From: Lepidodermella squamata
Lineage: Eukaryota; Animalia; Gastrotricha
DNA: 64,000 nucleotides
Reading direction: 5' to 3'
NCBI GenBank assembly: GCA_047495785.1
Contig: JBLDXI010000038.1
Coordinates: 434,001-498,000, forward strand
Shown: positions 25,101 to 38,402 of the stretch, in pieces
Numbering within the stretch: position 1 is the stretch's first letter
Layout: every line of letters starts with the position of its first letter
Notes under the pieces: model-generated
What the model saw: only the letters and a program-made list of their open reading frames with translations
Told to the model about the DNA's origin: nothing
The model's database searches: none
Program-made: the position numbers and the translations under genes

Positions 25101-28100
25101 GACGTGATATTTCGACGATTTCCTTTGATTTAAGAAGCGTGAAGCCGTCAAGAATGTACAAGTGCTCAGATCCGAACAGTAACAGCCCTTCGATGCTGTC
25201 AAGACCCTGAACCCGCGCGCATCGGTAGATGTGCTGAACTTGGTCTCCTTCCTCAAGGAAGCTTCTCAGCAACTTCGAAGAGGCAACGCCCGCCATGCGA
25301 TCGTCAACCGCTGCGTTAGCAGCCGCTACGCCAGGATCGGATGAAGCAGGAGACTGGGCTACTTGCTGATCGTTGCCAATTTCCTCCGACTCGCCACCAC
25401 CAGCGGCTAGAAGAGTAGGGTCAGCGGGAGGACCCGATTTGATTGCACTGACAGCCATCGAACCTCCAGGAGTTCGCATGGAGGCCGCCAAATCAGCCGC
25501 CTGGAACAGAGTGTCGAACCGATAGGCGGATTCGCGTTCCCAAGCCTCGCTGTCCTGTGAGTATGGTAGACGAAGTTTGCCGCCGCGTCGTGGCACGGGC
25601 GGTTCGTCACCGGTCGAAACCATTACTGGTCTGTTTTTCAGCGGGTAATCTTCATAGAACTGCTGATTGGGCAGCATCAACTTCCGCATTCGCATCGGAC
25701 CTTCTGCCATAGACAGCTGGCACTTGATGAGAGGCGAATCGTTAGACGGGCCCCACAGCCCGGGGAAGTTCAGCAATGAACGTTCTACGTCAGACCACGA
25801 CTCAAGCATGCGACGATCTTCGACCCTGCTGTCTTCATAAGTGGACTGCCAGCGCCAGTTGACAAGCTCAGACACAATGCTGACGTGATATTGAGTCCAA
25901 GCCATCACATCGGCGTTGCTTACTGTGACGGAAGTTATCGCTGGGCACGAAATCAAACCGAGCATCGTTGAGCCGCTTCCGGCGTCACTGCCCTTGGAAC
26001 GGGACAGGAGATTAGTCGTAAATCCGGCGACTTTGCTCGACATCCGAGTCAAACCGCGGTGAATTACAGCCCCAGCTGCAGTTCCAGTGCCCGTTAATGT
26101 CTGCGCAACGGAGCCTAGAGCTGAAGAAGGTCCGGAACTGTTCATAGAAGCGCCAAGGTTACACGTCCCGAATAAAATCGCCGTTCGGCGTTTCTCTTCT
26201 TCAATGTAAGCATTCCAAACCCGAGTAGCTGGTTCAGTAACGACAGCTCGGAACGTTTCAATGTCGTGACCCAAGCCAACACTGCCCCCGGTCGACAAAG
26301 CAGTGCGGGTCGCTTCTTCCAACTCGTTCTTCCGCAACAGGTAAACATGTTCCCATACGCGTCGAGCGGCACTGGCTACGGCAGATTTGCTGTTTTCCAG
26401 CTGAAAGAAAAACGATAGATTTGATTTTATTCACGAGTTTTCAAAATCTAGGCAAGCTAATGTGATACAGGCCGTACGCCGCAAGCTTATAAAGCATAAA
26501 CCTAAGTAACCTGTTTATCAAACATGGCCGCCTTGGAACCAGAAAAAATCCTTACGTTTTAGGATACAAAGTAAACTATGGTCTTACCTCGTGCGTAGAG
26601 AGGACTGTCTCATTGACTTCAGATGTCGAAGCTTCGACATCCAGGTCGTTGACGGCTCTTGGGAAATCAGAGCCAGTGAAGGCCAACAAGCAAAGAATAA
26701 GGCATGCCACGAATTCAGGATCGATGTTATCAGGGCCAAATATTGTCGTCTGGTGAGCGTGAATTGTCTGTAGGGTTTTGATTAGACTCGATAAGGCCAG
26801 AGCGGTGTGTAGAGGCCGCGACAGTTGATACAATAAAGTTCGGTTTAAAGGCCGATAAAGTGCGTCCAGGGGAAGGCCATTCTTGCGTTTCGCCTGCTGC
26901 AGCAGGGTCGAAAGGTACTCGTAAATTTCGCCAACAGGCCGCGAATAGCACCCAGCCCATAGAACATCGGCCAATCGAGTCGCGAACGCGAAAACGTTGG
27001 CTGATATGTTGCCGTAACTGTTTCCAACAAGCGACAAGACAGCCTTGTCGTTGGCAAGTACGTCCGAACCCGTAATGCTGCTAGCGAAGAGACTCATTAG
27101 CTCAGTCCTGTAAGCTGTGAGTGCCGCTTTCGGCAAATCATCGGGTACGCAAGTTGTTAACAATGCATCCAGCAGAGGAGCGGGAGTTGGCGGCTCTTTG
27201 TTGGCAGTCGAAGACCCGGACGAGGACGAGTTGCCGCCAATCGTCGCGCCAATCGTGCCAGTTACTCCTCCTAAAATGCTAGTCGTTCGACTAGCAACCG
27301 TCTGCGTTATCGACGGTTTGTCTTGGCCACCACCAGCGACCGCAAGCGGAGAAAGGTTCAAGCTGGTCATGTAAATAGATTTGAACAAATCGAAAACAAC
27401 GTTCTTGATTTGCGAATTCGAAGCAAACTGGCGATGATTATTCACCACTGGAAATAAAATCGCGATTATTCCTGCTAAGAACGGTTGCGAAGTGATGACT
27501 GGCACCAGTGATGACTGATTTCGAAACAGGTAGTGCATGAACTGAAGCAGATTCTGAGGATAGTCAGAAATCGGATGAATTGCAGCTGCTCCGGACGAAA
27601 CTACATTTCTAGCCATCGACAGTAGAATCAAACCAGCCTCAGGGCAAGCATCGATTTTCAGTTGAGTCGTCAAATGCGACCTGCTACCTAACGCCCAGTC
27701 AAGCAGCGAGTCGTTATCAAAACGCGCATGAGACGGCGGATGGCGATAGGGTTGCCCGAGAAATAAGCCCATCAAATAGAACCAAACCTGATGCAGGTTG
27801 GAGTGAGATGGAAGAAGCCAGTAGAGATAGGCGAATCCTGGCTGCTTGCAAATTTCTGTTTTCAGTTGTTCCTTCGACAACGCATCGGTATTGCCGAGTG
27901 ACATGCCTGGGCCGGATGAAGACGAGCTACCGCTCGGACCCATAGGTGATGCCGGTACTCCAGACTGAGACGACACCGATATACCAGGTAACTGGCCCAT
28001 ACGTGCTCGAATGACTACATCGGCTTGCGTCAGCCAACCGCCGCCAACCGAACTCGGAACTTCGCGAAATTTGGCTACGACAGATGAGTCGGCTAACATC

Positions 28101-31100
28101 GCGAAAATTACGTTACAAGCTGCAAGCACGGTTGAGGGATGTAAATGAGACTGTAAGAACAGCATCAGCCAGTCTGGGCCGAGTGTAGTAAACAAAGCAT
28201 CGACGAATCCTTTGTTCAAATTTTGCTGCTCGGTAGAAGTGGACTGCCCGTTAGCAGGAGACGAGGAAGAGCCGCCCTGTTGGAATACCAGCCGAGTTAG
28301 CGATCGCAAGCAAAGATTTCGCAATTGAATGACGTAGACATTAGCTTCAAGAGCAGCGCTGGACAACATGACAGGCCTTTGGCCGGGCTGCCATGCATTC
28401 AGCGACGGGGCTGCATTCTCCAAATTAACCATCGTCTCGTCAACTACTGCAGCGGGTGGAAGCAGCCAAGCTAGAAATTGGCCGAAATGCAATAGAACCG
28501 TCTGATCGCAAAACATGAACTGCAACAGCGTCAGCACGGTATGCGCATTCGTGATGCTGAGCGACGGATCGCGAAGTCGAGAGAAAAGCCGAGCCGGCAA
28601 TTCCGCTTCGAACAGCAGCTTCAATAGCGGTGGTCGCTGTTCCATAGGGCTCACGAATGGAATGGTAGATGAAACAGCCGTCGTGATCAATTCGATCAAT
28701 TGTTCGTACAAAAGTTGTTGAATATCGCAAGGCATAGCTTGCCATATTCGGAGGTCGCAAACCAGATGCCGAAATGCTGCACGGTTTAGCCCGGCTGAAG
28801 TATCGAATTGACTTGATAATTGACTAGCGCCGTTACCGGCCTGTGGGTTGGGCCCCAATTGCACGACACCGGCATAAGATAAAATCAGTTGAAGAATGTG
28901 ACCGGATAGAAATGAGTATTTTTTCCGCAATAGCAGCGATAGAAGCTGGTAGCCGCCGATTAGCCTCATATGGGTTCCAAGGCGTCGATTACAACGCAAC
29001 GCTGTGACCAGAGCTTTCATAGCAGCGTAAAGCTGTGTCTCTGTATCGGCACTAAGGCGACAGAGTCGTATGATAAATTTTCAATATCTTCAAGTTTTCT
29101 TACTTCGCTACCAATGCCAGTAATACTTTGGCACCGCCTACGCTTTCTACCACAGTAGAGCACGGTCTAGGGGCGAAAGTTCGAACACCTGATAGAAAAA
29201 TTACAAAAATCGTTTAGAAAAGTAAAATAATCAAATGAAGGAAGAATTTGAGAACGAAAGGTTGAGTCAAGCATTTTAGTGGCGAAGCATGAGCTTTCAT
29301 ATGTCAACGTCATGGCATGGAAAGGTTAAATAAAAGTTCCAGTGACAGACGATGAAACTATTACCAGATGCTGTTCGAGAAATGGGGTGCGAAAATCAGG
29401 TTAATTATTAGTAGGGTTTAAAAAAACGTGCTGGGTTTTTTTGTTAACAATGTTTCCGCAGCAGTTATAAAGGGGCGGTTGAATGACTTACCGAGGTATC
29501 CGACGAGAACAGCACCCAGACTTCGGGCGGGACCAGGCAGGTGGACGGCTGCGTTGTGAATGATTCGAACAGGCGTAGCATTTTCGTGAGATGGCATTCC
29601 AAACTGTAGAACGCAAAACAAAAAAAGCAAGTTAGAGCCAATGCTACCAATAAAGGCATGCTGATTCCATTTAAACTGTGGCTGTATTACTGTTAAGTTG
29701 CTGAGGTTTATGTTCTTCAAACGACAACGTGCAACACGAGTGATATACCTGCTAACATTGTCAAATCAATAAAGAATGCTCGCACGGTTGCATCAAAAGC
29801 TAGTTTAAATCCACTTGATAATTTCAGCGAAGGCCGATACTTAATTTCCCATCCCAATCATAACACACATCAACGTCGAGGAACAACAGATATTTCGTTA
29901 AATTTGTGATTTAGCATTGAGGTGGTAACTAAGCTACATCGAAATAAGAAGAGGACGATCAGGCTGCTGAAAGTAAAAGGATATTGAGCTGACATTCTAT
30001 GCTGATTACGCTCCATTTAAATGTTTTATATCAATTGACTACTGATTTTGTAGAAAGTAATAGAGAAATCCACAGATACAGTTGCGGGCAAACAAACGCA
30101 CGCATCCCGAACACATTCGATGGTGATGGAGAACAAAATGGGTAATAAAGCGGGGCAATTTTGAAAGTGTACCAGCGTATTGTCGGCGGAGCCACCGTCT
30201 TCGGCAGTGGTAGGCTGAGGAGGAGGTGATGAAGGAGAAGGCTGCAACTATTAAACAATGATGACACATCGTAAATAAAATAATTCATTGGCAATAGTCG
30301 GCGCACGACGAACAGGCACTTTTCGATGCAACAATACAGAGCATCTTCATCACACAGCACTTGAATTAACGTCAACTACAACTAGCCAATTATGACTAAA
30401 ACTGAGTAAAAAATAAGGAACAACGAAACAAAGGCTCGAGTGATATCGGCCAATAATGGTCGCCTAACCAACCTGTCTAGCCACAAGACGGCCGTCTTCT
30501 TTGCTGAAGACTTTACGAATTTTCGCAACAGTCATCGATGACATCAACGACGGGTGAAGAACAAACACGACACGCTCCTCGTTAACCAAAGATTGGCTGA
30601 TCGATGTAACCACTCCAGAAGCATTTTTCGATTCTGCAAAACAACCATTGAATTCTCTGACAAAAACACATTAAATATGCTTACCTCCTCGAACAGCTTG
30701 ATAGCTGCCCGTGTACGTTGGGCCAAGATTATATATTGTCGCTACGGTATTGGCATTGAGCATTTCTTCCGCAAGAAGAACCGGTCCAAGGCGCCATCGC
30801 AAACACGACCGTCGTCGAAGTAGCGGAGGCGTTCCGATGTATGCGCAAACGATATTGGCAGTATTCGCCGCAAAAGAAGGCGTTGAAGTGACAAAAGTAG
30901 TCTGAGTAAAAATCAAAATTACTATGGTTCTACATGAAAAATCAAAATACAAACCTTAGTCGCCGCCAATTGTCTGCCGTTCAAATAAATTGTTAAATTA
31001 TTGTTGTAACGCAAAACAGTTGACGGGCGGCCTAGTGTGACGACGATGTGGTGCCACCGACCGAGAGCATCCGGGGAGCTGGAAGCCAAGGCGGGAAGCG

Positions 31101-34100
31101 GAAATCGCGATACACACGATGCTGCAGCACTGAGCTCAGGTTGCTGCTCAAAACACTCGACTAATGACGTTAGCGACTGCTCTTGAGTGACAACAATCAA
31201 CGACCGATCGACACTGCCTGTGGTCAAGAAAATTGCGAGGCTGACCGTAACATCGGGTGAGTCTTCGCGAGCACCGTCTTGCTTCGTGACCAACAACAAG
31301 AAGATCGGATGAGATGACTCGCCCATGCCTTGAGTCATGGAACTGACAGAAGATCGGTCATTGCCAGATGCCACTGAAAACTGGTCGATACAAAACCAGC
31401 ACGAAAAGCTGATTGCGTTAGCTGGAGGATAGACGCGTTCGCCTGTACCAACACCGCCGAGGAGCCTCGCCTCAACACTGGGCGCCGAACTTGGAGCTGT
31501 ACGCGCTCGCGGCGAAGGCGATGATAGAGCCGGGTTTGGCGACGGCGGAACTGGCGAGGACGAATCCGGCAGTTTGACCGTCGATATCATTGGAGCAATA
31601 CTCGGGAGGAATAAACAGCCAAAACCTTCGTAACGCATATCCAGCTCAACAGCCGGAGGAGTCGGTCGGTGGGTATTTATGGAAACCAAAGACTTGACAC
31701 GCTCGAGAGGAATTACAGTCGGCACAGATTTCCCCGTCAGCTTCATTTTTTCGATACTGGACAGGCAATTCAGCGGATTTCCAAGGCGAAGGTACTGTCG
31801 CAAATCGTTGGTGGTCAGCCAGTGTGCAGCTGTTCGTTCGAAAATCGTAACCAGCGGCTTGTGAAGGAAGTGCTTCTCGTCAGCTAGCGGCAACGCACAC
31901 GCTGAGAGAATTTCCGATGCGAGGCCAGCTTCGGCCATCACCTGTTGATTCCTCATGCTAACCATCAAATCCGACAAACGGCTCACGATGAAAAACTGTA
32001 AGTCGTAAGCCGCTCCTTGATTAGTCGACGCCGTGACATCAGAAATCAGATGAACCATGGCCGAAATAGCGCCAGGGTGAACAATCGATAACGCACCAAA
32101 TGTCTGCGGGTCAATTTCGACGATATCGATCGACAATGGAGAAGAAATGTTTTGTTGCGAAGTTGACTGTGGCCGAGGGCTAGGCAAACCGCTCTTGGCT
32201 ACATTAGATCGATCGAGCAGGTCGCAAGCCATGTCGAGTAAAAAGCGAAACAAAAGGCAGGCTGAATAAAGGTGTTTTGGTATTGCGTTTGGAGACAACG
32301 GCAACTCAGGAAATGAGTGAAATAAGGCCGAAAACAGATCTGAATTACTAGCATCGGCAACATGCTCGATCATCGCCGTGTTCGTAAGATCGACGAACAC
32401 AGAATTTGCCGCACTCTCCGTCGTTCCGTCGGAGTTTCCGTCGCCAGGGAAACAGCCCAATCTACGCACGGCTTTTGCCAAGTTGGTATACTTGACTTCA
32501 ATGGCAAAGTGCCGCGCATTCGCCGGCTCGTATCGCATGACGATGGTCAGCGTGGAAAATATGAGTCGAATAAGAACAAGAATATCAGTTCGTTTCACCT
32601 GTTTCCAAGGATCTTTCGGATCGCTGGCGAGTGAACCCTCCAGCTGCACGAGAATCGACACTGTGTACACGAATCCGGCTATTCGACGGAACATCGATCG
32701 ACAACGGTGATTTTGACGTAATATGCTCACGGCTACTTTAAAAATGTGAGATTTCAACTCAAGATCCGTTGCTGGACAAGTTTGCGCGAGTAGGAGTAAT
32801 TGAGTGAACTCATCTTCGCCATTCGAAGCTAAAATTTGGCTTTGAAGCAGCATAAGTGCTTTCAGACGCAGACTTGGCTCATCCGCAACCAACTTCAACA
32901 ATATTTTCGAGCCACCCGCCTCACGAATAACATCAGCGTTTTTGCTACTGGTCGCGACTAGAAGAGTTAGCAAGTCTATAATATTGGCTAGTAACATGAA
33001 TTCATCGCCTTGTGACTTCACATCGTTGGCGCAAGCACTATTCGATTCCTCCGGTTGGATTTCGTGAGCGGCAGAGAAAACCTTCGCATTGGGAGCTAGG
33101 CGTGACAGCTCAGCCACGACTAGTTCGATGATACCCATATCGCGGTAGGCGTCTCCGAAGGCGGCGCTGTATGCGCCCAGGCGAGCCAGGCAGTTAACAA
33201 CTGAAAAGCGGCAGTCGAGCGAAAGACCCGGCTGTTTGAAGACCATGGCAATAGAGTTGAGCTCTTTGACAGGCACATAGCTCAAATACGTCACTATTTG
33301 TTCAATTATGTGAAAGAACGCGTTTTGGACGGCGTTAGAACGCGCTGGTATTTTTAGCAATAAGTCTGCTAGTATTGACTCCTGTTCGAGCCAAAAATAA
33401 TTGTTCATGTCCTGCTGTAATAGGTTACTGACTACATCGAGACAGAGCATGCACAGGGCGTCGGTTTTGGCGCCATTAAAAACAGTTGTAAGAAGCGTAA
33501 GCGGCGCCACGTAGCGAATCGTCAGGCAGTTCGAGGCGGCACTATCGCGATGCGCAGGCGGCGCAAATCCCGGAATAACGTGAACCGTCGACATGGGGGT
33601 TGGAATTGCCGGCAAAGCTTCGGTTGTTGGGCCAGCTGTAGCTAATTGCAACGATCCGGCGAGTAAGAGGTTACGCATCAACTGCGAGCACTGGTCTGTA
33701 GGCGGCGATATCAGCTCTATGGCAAAAATTGCTCGAGCGACAATTCCGTAACCATCACTCTGACGAAAATCTTCGAGAAATAGCGTGGAGACATTCGTAG
33801 ATTCCTGAACAAACCCGACCAGCGCTAGAACCATGTCAACGTAGTCCATCATTTGCGCTGAGGTCGGAGTTGGCGGCGGGCCGATCTGGCGCAGGTTTTC
33901 GACCCATAAGCCTATCGCACCTTTGGAATGCAAGAACGACGCCACGGTCGGTTTGAGTCCGAACTTGGCGATGAGCGCAACGGCTTGGATGGCCGTTTTG
34001 TGCCAGTGAGCGTTATGCGAGGGGCAGTAACTGGAAGCAGCCGTCACAAGCAGCATCAGGTCCGTCTTGCGCGCTAACTCCTCGGCTGTACTCGGCGATG

Positions 34101-35600
34101 TCATCAAAACTGTGGTTAGCAAGCCGGAAAAAGCAGCTTCGAACTCACGCCGCCTTTTTGTGTTAATTTCACTCTCATCATTATTATTAACACCGCCCTC
34201 GACGGCTGGCAGGTCATAGAACAAATATACACACTTCACAAGAGTCGACGGCAAGGATGAGGCCGACATGCAGTCAACCAATTGCGCCCCCGCATTCGCC
34301 ATGAGACACAAACTTCGAAGCAAAACCCAGCCTTGACCACTGGATGCGTCCCCATTTTCGGCGCTTTCCGTGGGCGGTTGAAGCAGGCCACAAATCGCAA
34401 GACTGGCGCTGACTGAGGAATAAGAGAATACTGATTTTAATTCCCATTCTTGGATTGGTTATTTCAAATGACTTCACACTTGTTTCGTGAAAAAAAAACA
34501 CTGGAGCGGCGTGATTTCGCGAATTAATAGCCACTTCCATATGATGTATATAGATTTCGTCGGAAATGCGCGAACAAGGCTGCATTATTAGTTTTAGGCA
34601 AATACTGTGTGCCGGATAAGCCGTAATGAAAAATAAGCATTTTTGCAGAAGACACAAAGTCTCGGCGCCTCCGCGCATGTCAAGAACTTATTGCACCCTA
34701 AGCGACTTTAGTCTCCGCATAGTACACACACATACACGCTTCGTTTGCTGGGCAGTGTGCTGCTTCTGCGGCTCAATAAAAGAATATACTAATATCATAA
34801 TATTATAATAGCGTAATGTCGATGATGAATTGCGAAGAAATCGATTCGATTTTAGCGCAGCAGAACGGGCATTGAAAGAACAAGCGATCAGCGGAAAGAA
34901 CTGGCAACAGCAGCGAAGGGGAAATTATCCGCCAGCCAGCACAACACTAACGAAGCACTGCGTTGTTTTAAAACACTGATTTGTTGTTTATGTGTGATGA
35001 TAAGAGAACAACAAGCCGCCACTCACTACTATCGCCAATGTTGAATATTGCAGATCAAGCTACTGCCATTGCTATTAGCGATCGTAATGCGATGAAGAAT
35101 CTTTGCTATTTCGCTAATGAAGAAGTCTTGACGATGAACTGTGCAGGAAATGCAAGCTCAAATACTCGACAAGCAGCGGAAGCAAACATTTCGAATCCTA
35201 TTGGAGAAGTAAACTTGATCAAAATTATACCTGTGTTCTGATTTCGAGCTTTCCGACTAATTTCGTTCACCATCAGCTTTGATGCATGAGAACAGAATAG
35301 CAGCGCCTCCGGGAAAATTTGGTGAATACTCTTCAACGTACTAGGATCGTCAAACACCTACGCAAAAGTTCTTGTAAAAATGTACAGCAAGATCATTATA
35401 CTTACTTTACAGAACAATGGAAGCATGTTATAGAACTTTTTTTCTTGACTTTCAACTGTTGCCGTTGATGGCGGATGTTTAAACTCGGCCAATAATTTTT
35501 TCAAATGCTGAAGTGATAGGGACATATCGCCGGATGGGTTGCTAATCGCGGAACTTTCTCCCCCAGAACCAGGAGTGACAAATTTCCGCATTATGTTCAT
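22112..35600 (-). CDS. WDFY3: WD repeat and FYVE domain protein 3 (ALFY): ARM/LamG-like, PH-BEACH, WD40, FYVE; about 10 core exons
   Basis: N-terminal LQHLKKL...YNMLPLFCKVF; LPSTLVKCVYLF; BEACH (QRSYQDLMQYPVFPWILADY, DVKELIPEFFYLPEFL, NNFGQMPKQLF); WD40; FYVE (ERKHHCRDCGRLVC...RVCADC). Confidence 0.97.
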
Positions 35601-35730
35601 TGTTGCGGAATTTGCTTAGTTTTCCACGAGGAATGTCATAATTTAAAACACCTACTGCAATCATGAGTAAAAAATTAGTTACATTATAACAATAAATTTG
35701 CAAGCAGTGAATATAATACATAAATCTGGC

Positions 35731-37322
35731 TCAATCAACTATCACGGCCATCATCATAACTACAACATCAGCTACATTTGTGCCTGTACGTCCTGTGCAC
35801 ACATGGTAAGCTCCGTCAGCCATGAGGCTCCAAAACGTGAAAGAATCGTTATTTCTCAAAAATTCCGCGGGATCCAAATTTTGTTTCTTTGCTAATGATA
35901 CGATGTCAGGAGTCGCTACAGCTCCGGTAGCAGAAGTAGGACCGTCTTGCCCATCGGTAGAGAAAAATAGAATGTTACTCAGCATTTGTGGCCTCTCCAT
36001 CGAAGGAATATCATTCCACAGCCGATGAAGCTCAATAGAAGCAGCCAAAGCCGCTTCTTGATTTCGACCACCCTTACCATGACCAACCACTTTAACCGTT
36101 GTTTCGCCTCCAGAAATAACGGCAACGGCAAACATGCGCTTAACGACTTCGGGAAGTTGTATAATCTTAGCAATTGACGCAGCGCGATCAGACACGCTAG
36201 AGACATCGCTTGAAGGCAGCATATTGAGCTTATGCTTTTGCCAAAGTTTGGAGCAAATTTCGAAAGACAACTCGGCATAACACTTTCCAAGCTCGGCAGC
36301 ATCACCTCGAACATTTGTATCGTAAATAATTGAAGGAATACCATCACTATTTAATTGGCATTCAGCCGCGGTAATGGCATCCATGTTAGATCCGATCAAT
36401 ACGTTAGATGCATGGCGCAACAAAGAGTAATCTACATTTTTTGGAATACGGCTGCTATTCTTTAAAATAGCGGCCTTTGACAACGGATGAGTCGGCGAAA
36501 GAGACAGAAAGTCATAAATACTGCGTGGTAATCTTGATAGTTTGGAATATTTTTCATAAAGTTGTATTGCCCCATCGGTGTTACTTTCCAAAGACTTCAA
36601 TACAGTAGGTCCACTGGCAATAACGGAAATGTCGGAGCCCACAACATCAGACAATATGAAGCTTATCACTCGAGTCGGATAAGCCAGAGTCGCAATGCCT
36701 AAAAATTACATGTTTGGAGGCTACTAATAAATAGGAATATCAAAGTCGAACCTCCTGCTTTCAGCAAATCGATTTCTTGCCTGATTGCATTCAAATGCTC
36801 GATAGGGGCTCCAGATAAATGAAGAGCGCGAATCATCTCGGTCATGTCTTCTTTAGACACTGGTGGAACCGGGCAAGACACCAAGGCCGACCCACCGCCA
36901 GTGACAAGCACAACGAGTAAATCGTTTTCACCTAGCTCCTCCAATAATTTACGTATTTCTTCTCCAGCAACAAAAGAATTCTCATCTGGTATGTTTAGTG
37001 GCGCTGCCTGAATGATGCGGTAAGAAGAGGGCAACGGAGTGTCCGAGAAATCAGCGCCAGTGGGTATGCTGATTAATCCCTTGGTTACTGGAGAACCACC
37101 CAGCATCTTGTTGAAACCTGTCGCTAATTTTAGCGCGCCTTTGCCGAATCCAACGACAAACAAGCGCTGTGGGAGTTTGACTTTTAAATCAGCCGACGGG
37201 ACACAAAGAAACTTGTCAGCTCCGTCATTTAAAACGGATACTGAGTTGATCAACAAGGCCTCGGGTAGCAAGCGAGGAATCACTTTGCGGACTAGAGGCG
37301 ACAGAATGCTCAGAAAATGCAT
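35731..37322 (-). CDS. GLYCTK: Glycerate kinase (MOFRL type), 2 exons; start uncertain
   Basis: VGFGKGA, VTGGGSAL, LKAGG, ILSDVVG...IASGPT, SGGETTV...GGRNQE, TDGQDGPT, TGTNVAD. Confidence 0.94.
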
Positions 37323-38402
37323 CTTGAGCTCAGCGGACCGGTATGAAACCGCAGCGCGCGTTCCGGGAAACAGTGTCTTTCTCAGAGCTTTTGGAGACTT
37401 TTCTTTTCTTTCCGCTCGAGGACAAAAATTGTCATTTATTTGTTTTTGACATATAATACATTTAAAAACTGTGTTTTTACATTTTAAAATCTTTTTCCTG
37501 ACATTGCTCGTCTTTTTGCGATATTAAAACCACCTTCACGTTTATTTCTATTATATGTCTTCATTCAGAATTCAGATTGGGAAAAGGCGAAGATTGGGCT
37601 TTCAAATCCATCCATCCTTCCAGATTCAGGTTCGATTCCGCTCTCTTATTCGGCTGTGTTTTTGTTCGGATGTTTACCAATAGATGGGAAATGGGAAACG
37701 CCCAATTCACGAAATGACCCTAGTTTGGAAATGTTTGCACTCGCAAGTACCCAACTTGATCAAAAACTTGATCAACAAACCCTCGTCCGATCACAAAACC
37801 CAAAACCAGGCTTAGCAGCTCTGATGGCTGGTACTGGTGCTCATATGTGTTAACGTCGAACGAACTGTGTTGGAGATAGGAAAAGCGATGATCAATGGTC
37901 AAGAGCCCTGGGTAGCAAATTTTTTTTAAATCCCGAGCTTTATCCCATCCAAGCGTTTTTCCGCTGAAGTTGTATCCAAAAGCCGTATTCACAGATCTTG
38001 CCCTCTGCCTTTTGCGCTATCCCAGTTGCCCTTGTTATATCCATGATCAGTCATTTTAACATTTCTAGAACTGTTTGGCGCCTGTATTCTGCATGAGCCA
38101 GTCAGCTAATCGCGCTGTTGGTCAAGAGCCATCAACTGTGGGCGCTAGAGAGAGCAAACGTGTTTGGCCGTATCTTCCGCAGTCGGCGGCTTGGGTACCA
38201 CCATCTTATATCATATATCATCCTCCTTTTGCCATGCTCAGTGGTTTCTGTTAAAACTCTTCACTGTTGCGGAGAGATGTACGTACAAATGAGCCATCTC
38301 TCAATATCTGCAAAAATATATTTCTACCTATTATGACCCGTCACCTGGTTGTTTTGTGATATGTGTAGATCTAACTTCTATTAAGTTTGAGATCAGCTGT
38401 CC

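Noticed and set aside
26502-26510. Possible 9-nt microexon in WDFY3 (GTTACTTAG)
   Set aside because: It would introduce an in-frame stop and the splice signals are ambiguous.
30657-30684. Apparent 28-nt intron in WDFY3
   Set aside because: This acceptor shifts the frame; the acceptor near 30635 (about 50-nt intron) restores the conserved sequence.
37560-38340. Several short ORFs between GLYCTK and the DUF4804 gene
   Set aside because: All frames are interrupted by stops and no family is recognisable; at most an old relic.
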